Assembly: GCA_032718475.1 (NCBI GenBank)
Contig: JAUCBJ010001416.1
Location: forward strand, 101,361-165,360
Direction of reading: 5' to 3'
Length of the DNA stretch: 64,000 nucleotides
Source: Nemertoderma westbladi
Taxonomy: Eukaryota > Animalia > Xenacoelomorpha
Shown here: in pieces, positions 46,671 to 58,388 of the stretch
Layout: every line of letters starts with the position of its first letter
Numbering within the stretch: the stretch's first letter is position 1
The notes under the pieces: model-generated
What the model was told of the DNA's origin: nothing
Databases searched by the model: none
The model's input: only the letters and a program-made list of their open reading frames with translations
Made by a program: the position numbers and the translations under genes

Positions 46671-47857
46671 GGTTCCGCGTCGTTGGGTCCTTTGGTCGTT
46701 AGGTCCTGCGTCGTTAGGTCCTGCGTCGTTAGGTCCTGAGGCATTAGGTCCTGCGACATTAGGTCCTGCGTCATTAGGTCCTGTTGTGTCATATCGTGCG
46801 ACGTTAGGTCCTGTGGAGCGTCGTTAGGTCCTGCCTGCCTGCGTCGTTAGGTCCTGTATTCCACTACTGTGCAGTGAACAGGCTGACAGCAGGACAGGTA
46901 CCGGTGTCCGGTAGGCCACTGTATACTGGTATACAAGGTAGGCCTATATGGCAATATCGTAGGTACCGGTAGTAGAAAGGGTAGGTCGGTATAAACGGTA
47001 GGTTGGCCTACTGCCGTTGCGAGGCAGTGTGCTGGGGTGGTAGACTACTTAACCGTGAACTTGAAAGAACTACTTAACTGAGTTATTTTTGTATACCGGT
47101 ACCATTCAAAATCGTTCCAATTTTTACTTTAATCATTTATTCATTCTTTATAGTGTTGTGTTTGTGTTATCATATGTTAATGTTGTTGAACATTTGTGAA
47201 AATATGTGTTAGTAATGTTGAAGATAAAAGTAGTGCGGCCATTTGAATCAAGTTTTGAGTGGGCGTTTATTTGGGAGCGGGAGGGAGGGGGAACTTTTTT
47301 CTATTTATGTGAACTATTTTTGTAGGTCGTATGAGCAGTGCTCATGGGAACTGTGCTAGTCAATTGGTTTAGGAGAATGGTTTAGGGACGCAGTACTCGT
47401 CACCATAGAACATTACAAGCCTCGTTGCGCTCGTCCTGTTTTATCCGAAAATATATTTCATAACGTAGACTGACGATGAACTGAAGATGACACTGTGTCT
47501 GACTGTCGTCACCATAGAACATTACAAGCCTCGTTGCGCTCGACCTGTTTTAGTCGAAAATATTTCTCATAACGTTAACTTTATAACTATGAAAAATGAC
47601 AAAATGAAATGTGAAATGAAAAATTAAAAAAACTGAAAAATCTGGAAACCCCCCAATCGCCAAAGCCGCAGAGGACCTAATGACGCAGGACCTAACGACC
47701 AAAGGACCTAATGACGCTATTATAGAAGACCTAATGTCGCAGGACCTAATGACGCAGGACTTAACGCCGCAGGACCTAATGCCGCAGGACCTAACGACCA
47801 CTCACAGGACCTAATGACGCGGGACCTAACGACCAAAGGACCTAATGACGCGTTACC
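46671..47857. mobile_element. MULE/Merlin-like MITE with 15-bp subterminal tandem repeats
   Basis: (GCGTCGTTAGGTCCT)n on the left and inverted on the right; ends GGT...ACC; TSD GTACCAAG(G) at 46663 and 47858. Confidence 0.85.
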
Positions 47858-48430
47858 GTACCAAGGTACTGTCTGACTGTACGCTGGTACGTACAGCAGT
47901 ACAGACGTAGGCCATGCTGGTACGCTACGGTACTGCTGTACTGCAGTACTGTCAGCCTGACAGAACAGTGTACCAGTACGTGACTGAAATTGCCTGACTG
48001 ATGACGGATGAGCTGGCAGCTTGAGGAAAAGGCTGCCAATGCGGGAAATCTGAATTCCAATAGGCTGATAGGTGCATAATAATTATAATTGTGTATACCA
48101 TTCAAGGTGGGCCCGTACTAAATAGCAAAGTCATGATCATGAAGCAAGCGGAATGCTACAGTACTTCTGTAAGAAAACTAAGTGGCCGTAAATTACCACG
48201 TATGGAATACGACTGTAGTAAAACTAAATATTGCTTGAACTTGTTTATTAGCGGAACCGAAGATAAAATATTTACATGTAAATAGTTAGGTCTTATGAGC
48301 ACAACTACAGTACGACGGTCACAATGACATAGACAATATATTGAATGTAACGCACATTAAATAGAGATTTACGATATACTATATAATAAAAATGCTAAGT
48401 GGTGCTATTAAGATTAGTTAGTAAGTAGGC

Positions 48431-50205
48431 CTACTACTACTACTAGTATTGGCATGCTGCATTGCGCAGCTGCATTTTTAAGAATGCTGTGCCGGCTTGT
48501 CGACAAAATTGCGCCGCCACTACTCCCTATCACCAATTAAATTTGCTAGACCATCCGCATCTTCAAGGCCAGTATCCTTTAAGATGCGTCTCAAGAAAGT
48601 CATGGGCTGTCCACCATGCTTATTCACTCCATGAGGCTGCCAAAACACAAGATTATGCACTGGCTGGTCCTCACGGCGAAAGCAATGTCCTGCAAAGCGG
48701 AGGCCACTTATTTGTTCTAGTGTCAAGCTTGGGGAACCAATGAGACACCTCCAATGTTATATAGTGTCTGGTTGGAGATGTGTGCATTGTACTTGACACA
48801 TTGAACCAGGCGTAGCATTCTTGTGAATGTGCCATCCAAAGATTTAAATATGAAGCGAGTTTGAAAGAGGTCGTTCGCGGCGAATACATATTAAAATCGA
48901 GTTATATTGGTGTTGTAAGCTAAGCCACGATTCTAAGTAAAACAAATTCCTTTTTATCATATGGCCATTTCGTGTATTAACACACGTCTTCAGTGATATA
49001 AATATATAATAAAATGTTTACAAAATTTACATATTAAAATAAGTACGTCCGTGCGTGGGGTATGGCAGTAAACATATCAATTACGTCTATGGCGATGGAC
49101 GGAGTGTATTGTGAGTTCCTAGTAGGAAGGAATTTTTAGGTAGTTTGCAGCATCCGTTACTAGTGGATGTAGGAAGTAGTGCATTAGTTTAAACAAAGGC
49201 GTGAAAAACGCGTCAGTATTTGAAATAATTGACCTACCTTTGGGAATTAGTTTGCCATTAGGGTGGGTGATTCATTCGTTTATGGGCTTATGATCTTTTA
49301 AGGATATGAACATGTGACCTGTAGTGAATGTATTGGGGAATAGATGAAGCCTCAGCAAGGGGTTGGTTATTAGTGGGTGGTCTCTGTGTCTTCCAAATCC
49401 TGGAAAGCCTATTCAAGGCTGCCCATGCCTTTCCCTTACGTATTCGAAGGTCCTCACCTGATTTCTGGATCCATAATCCCAGGTAACAGAAGTCGTCCAC
49501 ATGTTCAAGCATACCATCTTTTGAGCTTATTCTCATCCGGTCAGAGACTTGCTCAGGACTTTCAAAGTTAACTGTCAAAGTGTTGGTCTTTTTGGAGTTA
49601 ATAAAAAGACCAACACTAGAAGCAGCCTGTTCTAATGAGCTGAGGAGCCGTTGGGCTCCCTCTAGTGATTCTGAGAGTACTCCTAAGTCATCAGCAAAGT
49701 CTAGATCAGTTAGGTACTTGGCAGGATTTCGTCGACTTCTGGAGCCTGTAGGTGGAGTTACCATCACCCCATCATAATTATGATGATCTAAGGACATGCG
49801 TAGAACATAGTCAACCACAATTATGAACAAGAATGGCGCAAGTGTGTCTCCTTGGAGGACTCCCCATAATACTTCAAATGGTTCTGTGTCACCACCAACA
49901 GTATACACAAATGTTGTCGAACCATCGTATACTGATCTGTTGCTGCAATAATTTCATCAGGAATCCCATATAATTAAAGTACAGTATGCTGAACATACGT
50001 GAGCGAGTGACTGAATCAAAGGTCTTGAAGAAGTCAACAAACTTTCTTTCTTTTTTGATAAATCCTCAATTATCCTCCTAAGTGCCAAAATGGGCTCCAT
50101 GGTCCCTCGACCTTTACGGAACCCATTCTGATTTCCACGGAGCAGTCTCTCAATGGGATCCCTGATGCGATTTAATAGAATTCTATTGTATAGCTTTTTC
50201 AGCAT
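48431..50205 (-). mobile_element. Second RTE relic of the same family as 3760-5036, interrupted at ~48846-49388
   Basis: NQNGFRKGRGT, GVLQGDTLAPFLF, LDFADDL, LRFAGHCFR; (TAG)n tail at ~48431-48445; frameshifts. Confidence 0.92.
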
Positions 50206-50827
50206 TCTAGATTAATGAGCTATGATAAATAATCAACTGTTTGCAACTACTGTAAGCTGATAACAGAGGCCGCTAAAGATAGCCCCACGAAATAATTAAA
50301 TCGTAATATTGAAATATTGAAATACAAGAACTACCCTGGCCTATTAATAGGCAGGTTCGTTATAAATTTTTCTTTCAGTTTGACTGTATTGGTTAAACCG
50401 AGGGGGCCTCAGTCTAACCAATACCCATGCCTGAAACATCTAGAAGCACCTAGATTTATAAATATTGAAACAAAAAACAATACTTCGGCATATTTGTTTG
50501 ACGATAATTCGAAATTAAACATCGTAATTATTGAAATATATGTTCGTTGCTATGCTAACCCGAGTAAATATTTATTGTACACAATAATGCAGTAATGATT
50601 TGCACAATTAGCATTAGGCCTATTTTGTTCCGGCGACTTCAATATCATAACATACAGTAACAATAATAGGCCTAGGCCTACCCAATCCAATATACTGTAT
50701 TTGCAATCCATTTACTGAAATGTGAATTGAATTGTTAATTACCTGTGGCTCTACTCTACCCTGCTACCGGTACGGTACTGCAGTACTGTAACCGCAACCT
50801 ATTTAAATTTAAGTAAAAAATATTAAA

Positions 50828-51982
50828 ATGGTGTTTCTCGATGTCGATACTATTGGAAGAACCAGTAGTGTATCTCGAGCTAAGAAGAACCAAACTTTAC
50901 CCCAGTACCTCAACCGCTTAACACATCTCTACTTCGCTGAAAAAGATATAGAAGGGGTCGGCGATTTAAGCGCTTGCAAACATTTATCCGTGGTATATCT
51001 GTACGACAACACGATAACCGAGATAGGCGCTCTTGGAAACGTAAATAGTATCACACATCTTTACCTACAAAACAATAATATATCTCGAATAGACAGATTA
51101 GACAAGTTAAAACACCTCAGTAAACTGTATTTAGGTGGGAATTCTATTTCTGTAGTCGAAGGATTAGAGAGTTGTAGGGAATTACAAGAACTCCATATCG
51201 ACCATCAACGGCTTCCGGTTGGAGAGAAGATTTTATTCAGTCCGAGAACTTTATCCGCCCTTTCTGATGGACTCAACGTATTGAACATATCCGCTAACAA
51301 TCTATCTTCCTTACAGGAACTCAAATGTCTGCGGAGGATCTCCCAACTGGACGCGGGTTTCAATAGACTGACGAGTTTCAAGGAATTAGACAGGGTCGTT
51401 TCGGAATGGCCGTGTTTATGGCGACTCGAGTTGTCCGGGAATCCGTTGTGTAAGAAAGCGAAGTATCGCGATCGGATAATAGCCGGGTGTCGGACGTTGT
51501 CCGTGTTGGACGGGAAAGAGATACCGGAAAGCACAAAACTATTCCTGAGTAAGTGGAAGGCTGCTAAGGAACGACAAAAGGAAGCCTTGGTTGATGCGGC
51601 GATGCGTGGCGGTGAAGGGTTCGGGGTAGCGCCGCGTGGTGGCGCTGTTAGACCGCCGGTTACTCCCAATAATATGTTCCCGGGGCTGCGAACCGATACG
51701 AGTTCCAGACAGCGGCCGCGGTACCGGAGCGCCGAGGGGGCGCGGGCGCCCCCCAGGGGGCTCGCGCCGGTGCAGGGAAGGGGGGCAGTCAACGGTGGGG
51801 TGCTGGGTGGCGCGGCGCCGTGGGAGGGTGCGGGGGCACCGCTGGTGGGCTACGGTGCACCACCGGTGGGCCACGGTGCACCACCGGTGGGACTCTGGTC
51901 CGACGATGAGTCACACTTCCTAGAGGATCAGCTAAAAGCGACGCATCTGCGAATAAATCTCGCTGATTCAATAAATGATTAA
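50828..51982 (+). CDS. PPP1R42: Protein phosphatase 1 regulatory subunit 42 (LRRC67/TLRR), single coding exon, 384 aa
   Basis: MVFLDVDTIGR...QYLNRLTHLYF..VYLYDNTI..THLYLQNNNI..KLYLGGNSISVVEGLE..LQELHIDHQRLPVGEKILF..GNPLCKKAKYRDRII..LDGKEI; SDS22-type LRRs plus LRR cap. Confidence 0.93.
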   Translation: MVFLDVDTIGRTSSVSRAKKNQTLPQYLNRLTHLYFAEKDIEGVGDLSACKHLSVVYLYDNTITEIGALGNVNSITHLYLQNNNISRIDRLDKLKHLSKLYLGGNSISVVEGLESCRELQELHIDHQRLPVGEKILFSPRTLSALSDGLNVLNISANNLSSLQELKCLRRISQLDAGFNRLTSFKELDRVVSEWPCLWRLELSGNPLCKKAKYRDRIIAGCRTLSVLDGKEIPESTKLFLSKWKAAKERQKEALVDAAMRGGEGFGVAPRGGAVRPPVTPNNMFPGLRTDTSSRQRPRYRSAEGARAPPRGLAPVQGRGAVNGGVLGGAAPWEGAGAPLVGYGAPPVGHGAPPVGLWSDDESHFLEDQLKATHLRINLADSIND

Positions 51983-53559
51983 TATTTTTTGTTTATTTAT
52001 AAAATTTTAAACTTTTAATTTTTCTGTACAGAATATTTAGTCCGGAGGCCGAGAAACTGTTTAAATAACCCAAACAGTTAGACCCAAACAGGCCACAGCT
52101 GGTAGAAAGCGGGATAATCTAAATATCAGAATTAACTATCTTGTATTTTATATGATTTAATTTTACCAACATTAGGAATATCTTCGTCTCTCCCACGTAC
52201 AGTAAAACTTCATATCTAGTAATTTATTAATAATATATTATTATTCACTTTTATTTGGATTCATTTAGAATTTACAAACATTTTGAATCGCTTGTTAAAC
52301 AATATCTACGATGATCCCAAATCTGTTTTACTGCGAAATATTGAGGGATTTTGATTTTAGTAACGATTTATCCGAACCGAATACTCAGTAAGATAAACCG
52401 GTAACCATCTTATTGAGCTTTATTATTTTTAACTTCCATTTTGATTAAATTCTTTTTAGTAGGTCGATCAATATGATAATGAAACTTTCACACCCCCCTT
52501 CTATGGATGGCTAACGTCTAGGTCGGACTATAAATAAATACTATAAGTTTGGGTTGATAAATAAACAGGTTTCGGGTCACCCGGACTGAAAATGATAATG
52601 TAAGTAAGGAATTACCGGATATATTAATTTCATGAGTCTACGTCTACGAGTTTCATGAGTTTACGATTTTGCGATTTAATCGTTTTAGAAAACATTTATA
52701 AAAAATCTTAACATTTTTATTGAACAGACCATCGGGTTTTCTAACTCTCCTCCCTCCTTTCGTGCAATAAAGCCACTCGCGTCAGAACGATGTAAAGTAT
52801 TACTTTATGCGAATGTATATTTATCGTTACAGTTCCGGTACAGACCCGATGACCCAGTTCCAGTGTGTTAGTTGTCAAACATGCTTGCCCTTTCCATATA
52901 TTCTATTTTTTAATAATATTTCACCGCTGCAAATAAAAGCTAAATATGATAATTAAAATATTATGCAAAATCCTTCGTATTTATTTGAGTTTTAGAAAGT
53001 TTTATTCCTTTTGTATGAGTTGATTGTGTTTACTAATGGTTTCTTTGTATTATTGTTATTTATTGTTTGTTTTATTCTTTGTAAAGATAAGATTTGTAAT
53101 TTTCTATTTATTAATTTAAGTTTTACGGTTGTATTTTAATTCCAACATATAATTATATTTAATTTATGAGAAGAAATAATATTAAATATTGTTATTAATT
53201 TCATTGATTTTTTTTATATTTGCCTTATAAAAGTTATTTTTTAGGTGATAAATAATATGATCAAACGTCGGAGATATAATGTCGCCCTCCATGACTTCTT
53301 GTTTGATATGGGTGACATAACAATAACAGCATGCTCTTCTGTTATGAGTTTCGCTTTCCCTGAAAATTTTATGATGTCAAATTCTGTTGATTTTTGGATT
53401 TTTGTAATTATGTTTAACTATACATTATTTCAGCCTTTGAATCAAGAAACAGAACTGCAGCAGTTGTAGGCTTACCATATAGTGCCAGTGCCATTTAATG
53501 ATCCTTTTTTACGAAAATAATATGATTAAATATGATAATAATATGACACTATAGACTAA

Positions 53560-55282
53560 AGCAAGTCTAGGAGGCCCTGGTTTGATCCATAAATGGAGCA
53601 GCGCACTGTTTGGGTAAAGTGCTTTAAATGCTGCAGGCTAGCCCAATCTCTGACTGGTCGTAACTTTGGGAACCGAGTGGAATTGTTTACTGTGGAAGAT
53701 CACCCAGGGTGGTGAACAGACATTCCTTTAGGAAACAGAGTGGAAGGGTTTACTGAGGAATATCACCCATTATGGTGAACAGGTATTCCTTTAGGAAACA
53801 GGGTGGAATAATTTACTGTGGAAGATCACCCACGGTGGTGAACAGGCATTCCATTAGGAACCAGAGTGGAAGGGTTTACTGTGGAAGATCACCCATGGTG
53901 GGGTGGTGAACAGGCATTCCTTTAGGAAACAGGGTGGAAGAGTTTACTGTGGAAGATCACCCACGGTGGTAAACAGGCATTCTTTTAGGAAACACAGTGG
54001 AAGGGTTTACTGTGGAAGATCACCCATGGTGGTGAACAGACCTTCTTTTAGGAACCAGAGTGGAAGGGTTTACTGTGGAAGATCACCCATGGTGGTGAAC
54101 AGGCATTCCTTTAGGAAACAGAGTGGAAGAGTTTAAGCTGGAAGATCACCCATGGTGGTGAACAGGCATTCCTTTAGGGAACAGAGTGGAATAGTTTACT
54201 GTGGAAGATCACCTATGGTGGTGAACAGGCATTCCTTTAGGAAACAGAGTGGAAGGGTTTACTGTGGAAGATCACCCATGGTGGGGTGGTGAACAGGCAT
54301 TCCTTTAGGAAACAGGGTGGAAGAGTTTACTGTGGAAGATCACCCACGGTTGTAAACAGGCATTCTTTTAGGAAACAGAGTGGAAGGGTTTACTGTGGAA
54401 GATCACCCATGGTGGTGGACAGGCATTCCTTTGGGGAACAGAGTGGAAGGCTTTACTGCGGAAGATCACCCATGGAGGTCAACAGGCTTTCCTTTAGGAA
54501 ACAGAATGGAAGGGTTTGCTGTGGAAGATCACCCATTGTGGTGAACAGGCATTCTTTTAGGAAACAGAGTGGAAGGGTTTACTGTGGAAGATCACCCATG
54601 GTGGTGATCAGGCATTCTTTTAGGAAACATAGTGGAAGGGTCTACTGTAAAGATCACCCATGGTGGTGAACAAGCCTTCGTTTGGGAAACATAGTGGACG
54701 GGTTTACTGTGGAAGATCACCAATGGTGGTGAACAGGCATTCCTTTAGGAAACAGAATGGACGGATTTACTGTGAAAGATCACTCATGGTGGTGAACAGG
54801 CATTCCTTTAGGAAACATAGCGGAAGGGTTTACTGTGAAAGATCACCCATGGTGGTGAACAGGCCTTCCTTTGGGAAACATAGTGGAAGGGTTTACTGTG
54901 AAAGATCACCCATGGTGGTGAACAGGCATTCCTTTAGGAAACATAGTGGAAGGGTTTACTGTGGAAGATCACCTATGGTGGTGAACAGGCATTCCTTTAG
55001 GAAACAGAGTGGAAGGGTTTACTGTGGAAGATCACCAATGGTGGTGAACATGAATTCCTTTAGGAAACAGAGTGGAAGGGTTTACTGTGGAAGATCACTC
55101 ATGGTGGTGAACAGAGAACAGGTATTCCTTTAGGAAACAGAGTGGACGGGTTTACTGTAGAAGATCACCCATGGTAGTGAACAGCCATAGGAAACATAGT
55201 GGAAGGGTTTACTGTAGAAGATCACCCATGGTAGTGAATAGGTTCTTTGCTTAAATGAGTCTAAAAAAATTATTCCAATCGA
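53560..55282 (+). mobile_element. Degenerate SINE copy containing the 63-bp array
   Basis: Left flank GGAGGCCCTGGTTTGATCC..GTGCTTTAAATGCT and right flank GCTTAAATGAGTCTAAAAAAATTATTCC match the head and tail of the 37.6-37.9 kb SINE. Confidence 0.75.
53666..55245. repeat. 63-bp minisatellite (~25 copies)
   Basis: Unit GGTGGTGAACAGGCATTCCTTTAGGAAACAGAGTGGAAGGGTTTACTGTGGAAGATCACCCAT. Confidence 0.97.
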
Positions 55283-56004
55283 TAACTAGATGGTGGTGCT
55301 CGCGCACCGCGAAAGAAGCTCTCTAGCTTCAGACGACTGTTCAACTGTCCACCTCTTCGTTCAAGTTACACTCTCTTCGAGAATTAGCCCCATAACACGA
55401 AAATTGCCACACACTCAATGATAGAAACACCAGCTACTGGAGCTCATAAGGGCCTCGTAAGCCACTACTTTGATGGAATGGATAGGACCAAACTGCTGAT
55501 AAGTATATTACTTGCCAAGTTTATTACTCTCTCACTCTATCCCAGACAAGCAATCAAATATCAACTCACTCTATCCCAGACAATCAATCAAATATCAACT
55601 GTTATAGTTTGTGATGTATTGTCCCGCCAGCTGAATAGCTCTTCCCAGTGTGCCAACTACTGTAATACTGTAGTATATTATTGCATAGTAGTAGGCTTTA
55701 TTGTAGCTCTAGCCAATCAGGGAGCTAGGAAATGCCAGAACACGTATTTTTCTTCTAAACCATCACCATGTTGTCCAAAAATTTGCGGAAATACAGACAG
55801 GGAATAAGAGCTTCTTAAATAAGTTATTTATTTTTTCTAATTATTTACCGGTGCTGGAAGGACTCAGTTACTGTAGTTATCTATTATTGGATTCATGTGC
55901 GAAGTTCGTTCAACATAATTTTGACAATCCTATAATTTGTTTGCAGGAACTCAATGAATGCAATAATAACTCAGTGCAATCGGAATCGGGCATTCTCTTT
56001 CTTT

Positions 56005-56010
56005 GAGACA

Positions 56011-56043
<33 letters not shown>

Positions 56044-56286
56044 TTCGACGCAAAACCCGCCTTGGCGAATTAATATCCCGCCTCAATGTTAAATTATCAA
56101 TTTAGGGAAAGGAGCAGGTTACAGTGGCACGTTATTTTAACCAAAACAATAAACTAAACACAATAGAACAGGTTACAGTTTTATTTTTCAGAGTAAACAT
56201 CTGTTATTTGCTTCGAATTTCCCCTGGAGAGAGATTAATTTTTATTGCGCCCAGTCCCCCCCCCCCCCCCCCCCCCCCCCTATCTG
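56005..56286 (+). mobile_element. Second copy of the ~250-bp G/C-run MITE
   Basis: Colinear with 23363-23610, with longer G and C homopolymers. Confidence 0.8.
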
Positions 56287-57553
56287 CTTTTTTTAGTTTG
56301 AAATCCAATCCTCTTGCATAAAATATCAATTGCGCCATCGAATTGAATGCATTAAAAAAACTGCCTGGAATCAAATCATTGAATGGAATGGAATATAAAA
56401 TGTTCGAGAAATTTCATACTTGTTTTTTATTCGGCTAATGTGTAATTTTGGTGCCTACACCAAATTTTGAAAACCGTAAAATAAATCAGAGTTTAGAAGA
56501 AACAAGTTGTACATGTTTGTGAGAGTTTTGAATTCATTGGATTAAATATATCTCCTTTGTGATTAAAAGAAATCCTAAAACACAGGGGTGTAGGAACAAC
56601 TTGAAAACTGGTGGGGGGGGGGGGGGGGGGTGGGGGGAATTCCGTTGAGAAACAGCTGAGATACGTTTTGAGGAAATTATCGTTCGCTGTAGGCCATTTA
56701 TTATATTTAATAAACACAAAATTCTAGAACGTGTTATTTATTTTATGAGTTAGAGTTGGTGGGCAACAGCTGTATGCCTCTGCTGTATCTCTATGGGAAA
56801 ATGACACCATAGTGCGGGTCATGGTGTATATCAGTGATACTACCTGAATAGGCGTTGTGAATTGATTGTACAATATTTGAATGGAATTGAATACCCCAAC
56901 TAGATATCTTAGGTAATATTTTTAATGTCTAGATATTTTGGTGCAAAAGTGGAGTGCCCCCCCCCCCCCCCCCCCCCCCCCCAGGTTCAGCTACGCCTCT
57001 GCTAAAACATAAAACATCCCGTATAATTCGGATACAGTACAGAAGTAAATATAACTAACTTCCTTTGTTTATTTGAACTGTTTACTTTTACAAAAGGGCG
57101 CAATTCATTCAAATTCAAAAACAGTTTTCAACAGCAGTCAAATAGTTTTTTTGGTTCACTCAATCTGTGTCAATTCTATTTTGATGTGTAATATTGTATC
57201 CTATGCTACAACACCGGTATAAAGCTTTTTACGCTGCATCACCATATTGCCTAATAGCTCACATTGTTTGCCTAACTCCCTCCATATGCCAATCTCAACT
57301 AAATTCAGCCTAACGCTAACTGCCTCATTGGATATCCATGAAGAGCCTCTTTGTCAAGAAAAAATTATTCTAAATTGGCTGCCATTGGTCAATCAATTGT
57401 AATCCTTAAAACGACTATTACACACAGGCGAATAACTGTTCAATTTAAGGGCTGTTTAGCAACTACAACATTTAGTAAAGAAAAACGATCTTTGTTAATA
57501 ATTCGGATTAAAGTGACACAAGGAAATAATATTATTTCATTTTTATAATAATA

Positions 57554-57769
57554 ATGTTGCCAATTGAACCAGAACAACAACAACGACCGGTCAGGAAAAA
57601 GGTTCAAGTTCAGCATCGACAGTATTCTAGAATCTCCAAAATGTGCGACTTTATCGGACGATGAACAACTACACCATAGCAACAACCAGTCTCCAACACA
57701 ACATGCTACAGATATTCCGTCACAATTACGGCTGCAAGATATAATGCAAATCTCATGTGGTATTCCCTG
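57554..57769 (+). CDS. Probable first exon of an eh1-motif transcription factor (homeobox/Fox-type), apparent 1-nt frameshift
   Basis: FKFSIDSIL fits eh1 (FSIxxIL); exon-like end TG|GTACGT at 57769/57770; ATG at 57554 joins the eh1 frame if one A of the run 57596-57600 is removed. No DNA-binding domain found in the window. Confidence 0.45.
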
Positions 57770-58199
57770 GTACGTTGTATTTAAATTTTTGAAGAACATT
57801 TTTTTTTGAAAGCGAAAAACTACGGTATACTAACTAGAACATAAAATTACATTCAAATAATTCCCTATACAATGTAGTGGTTGAATTTGGCCATTTATTT
57901 ATTTTTTACACTCCTGTATTTTTTAGTCTCAATTGGGTTAGTCTATAGGCCTATATGGTTACGTTTCTCTATATTTAAACATAATATTTAATAATAATAA
58001 TCTGCAATATCTCGACGGTCTGTAGACCTTATAACCAAGAAAGCATTTTATTGGAATTTGTTGCTAAGTGTAGTAGATATACCAATATTACTAATGAGCC
58101 ACAGGCACCCCCTACATAAACATCGTGATGGATTTTTCGGACCCGGACAATGCTGGACCCGGACCCGGACCCGGACAATGCTGCTACACCTATTAACCT

Positions 58200-58388
58200 G
58201 TACAAGCGAGTTATTAGCGATTAGCCAGCGAGTATTTCTTAGCCAGCGGGTATTCTTAGCCCGCGAGTTAGTAAAGGAGTAGGTGAGTAAAGGAGCAGGT
58301 TTCAGAGGCGTATTGGGGAACCAAAACAATAAACGTTATTGTTTTGCGGGCTAAGAATACTCGCGGGCTAAGAATTTTCTGAGACCCA
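58200..58388. mobile_element. Short MITE with inverted TTCTTAGCC repeats
   Basis: TTCTTAGCC(C/A)GCG repeats on the left, GCGGGCTAAGAA on the right; carries the GGAGCAGGTT..AACCAAAACAATAAAC module. Confidence 0.55.

Noticed and set aside
46217-46792. 191-aa ORF with QDLTT repeats (likewise 59686-60013 and 34362-34862)
   Set aside because: Translations of MITE subterminal repeats spanning unrelated elements.
51205-51971. Several ORFs overlapping PPP1R42
   Set aside because: Stop-poor shadow frames of a GC-rich coding region.
53903-55133. ORFs with 21-aa repeats (MVVNRHSFRKQSGRVYCGRSP)
   Set aside because: By-product of a 63-bp unit divisible by three; the frames are broken by indels and stops, and the unit derives from a SINE.
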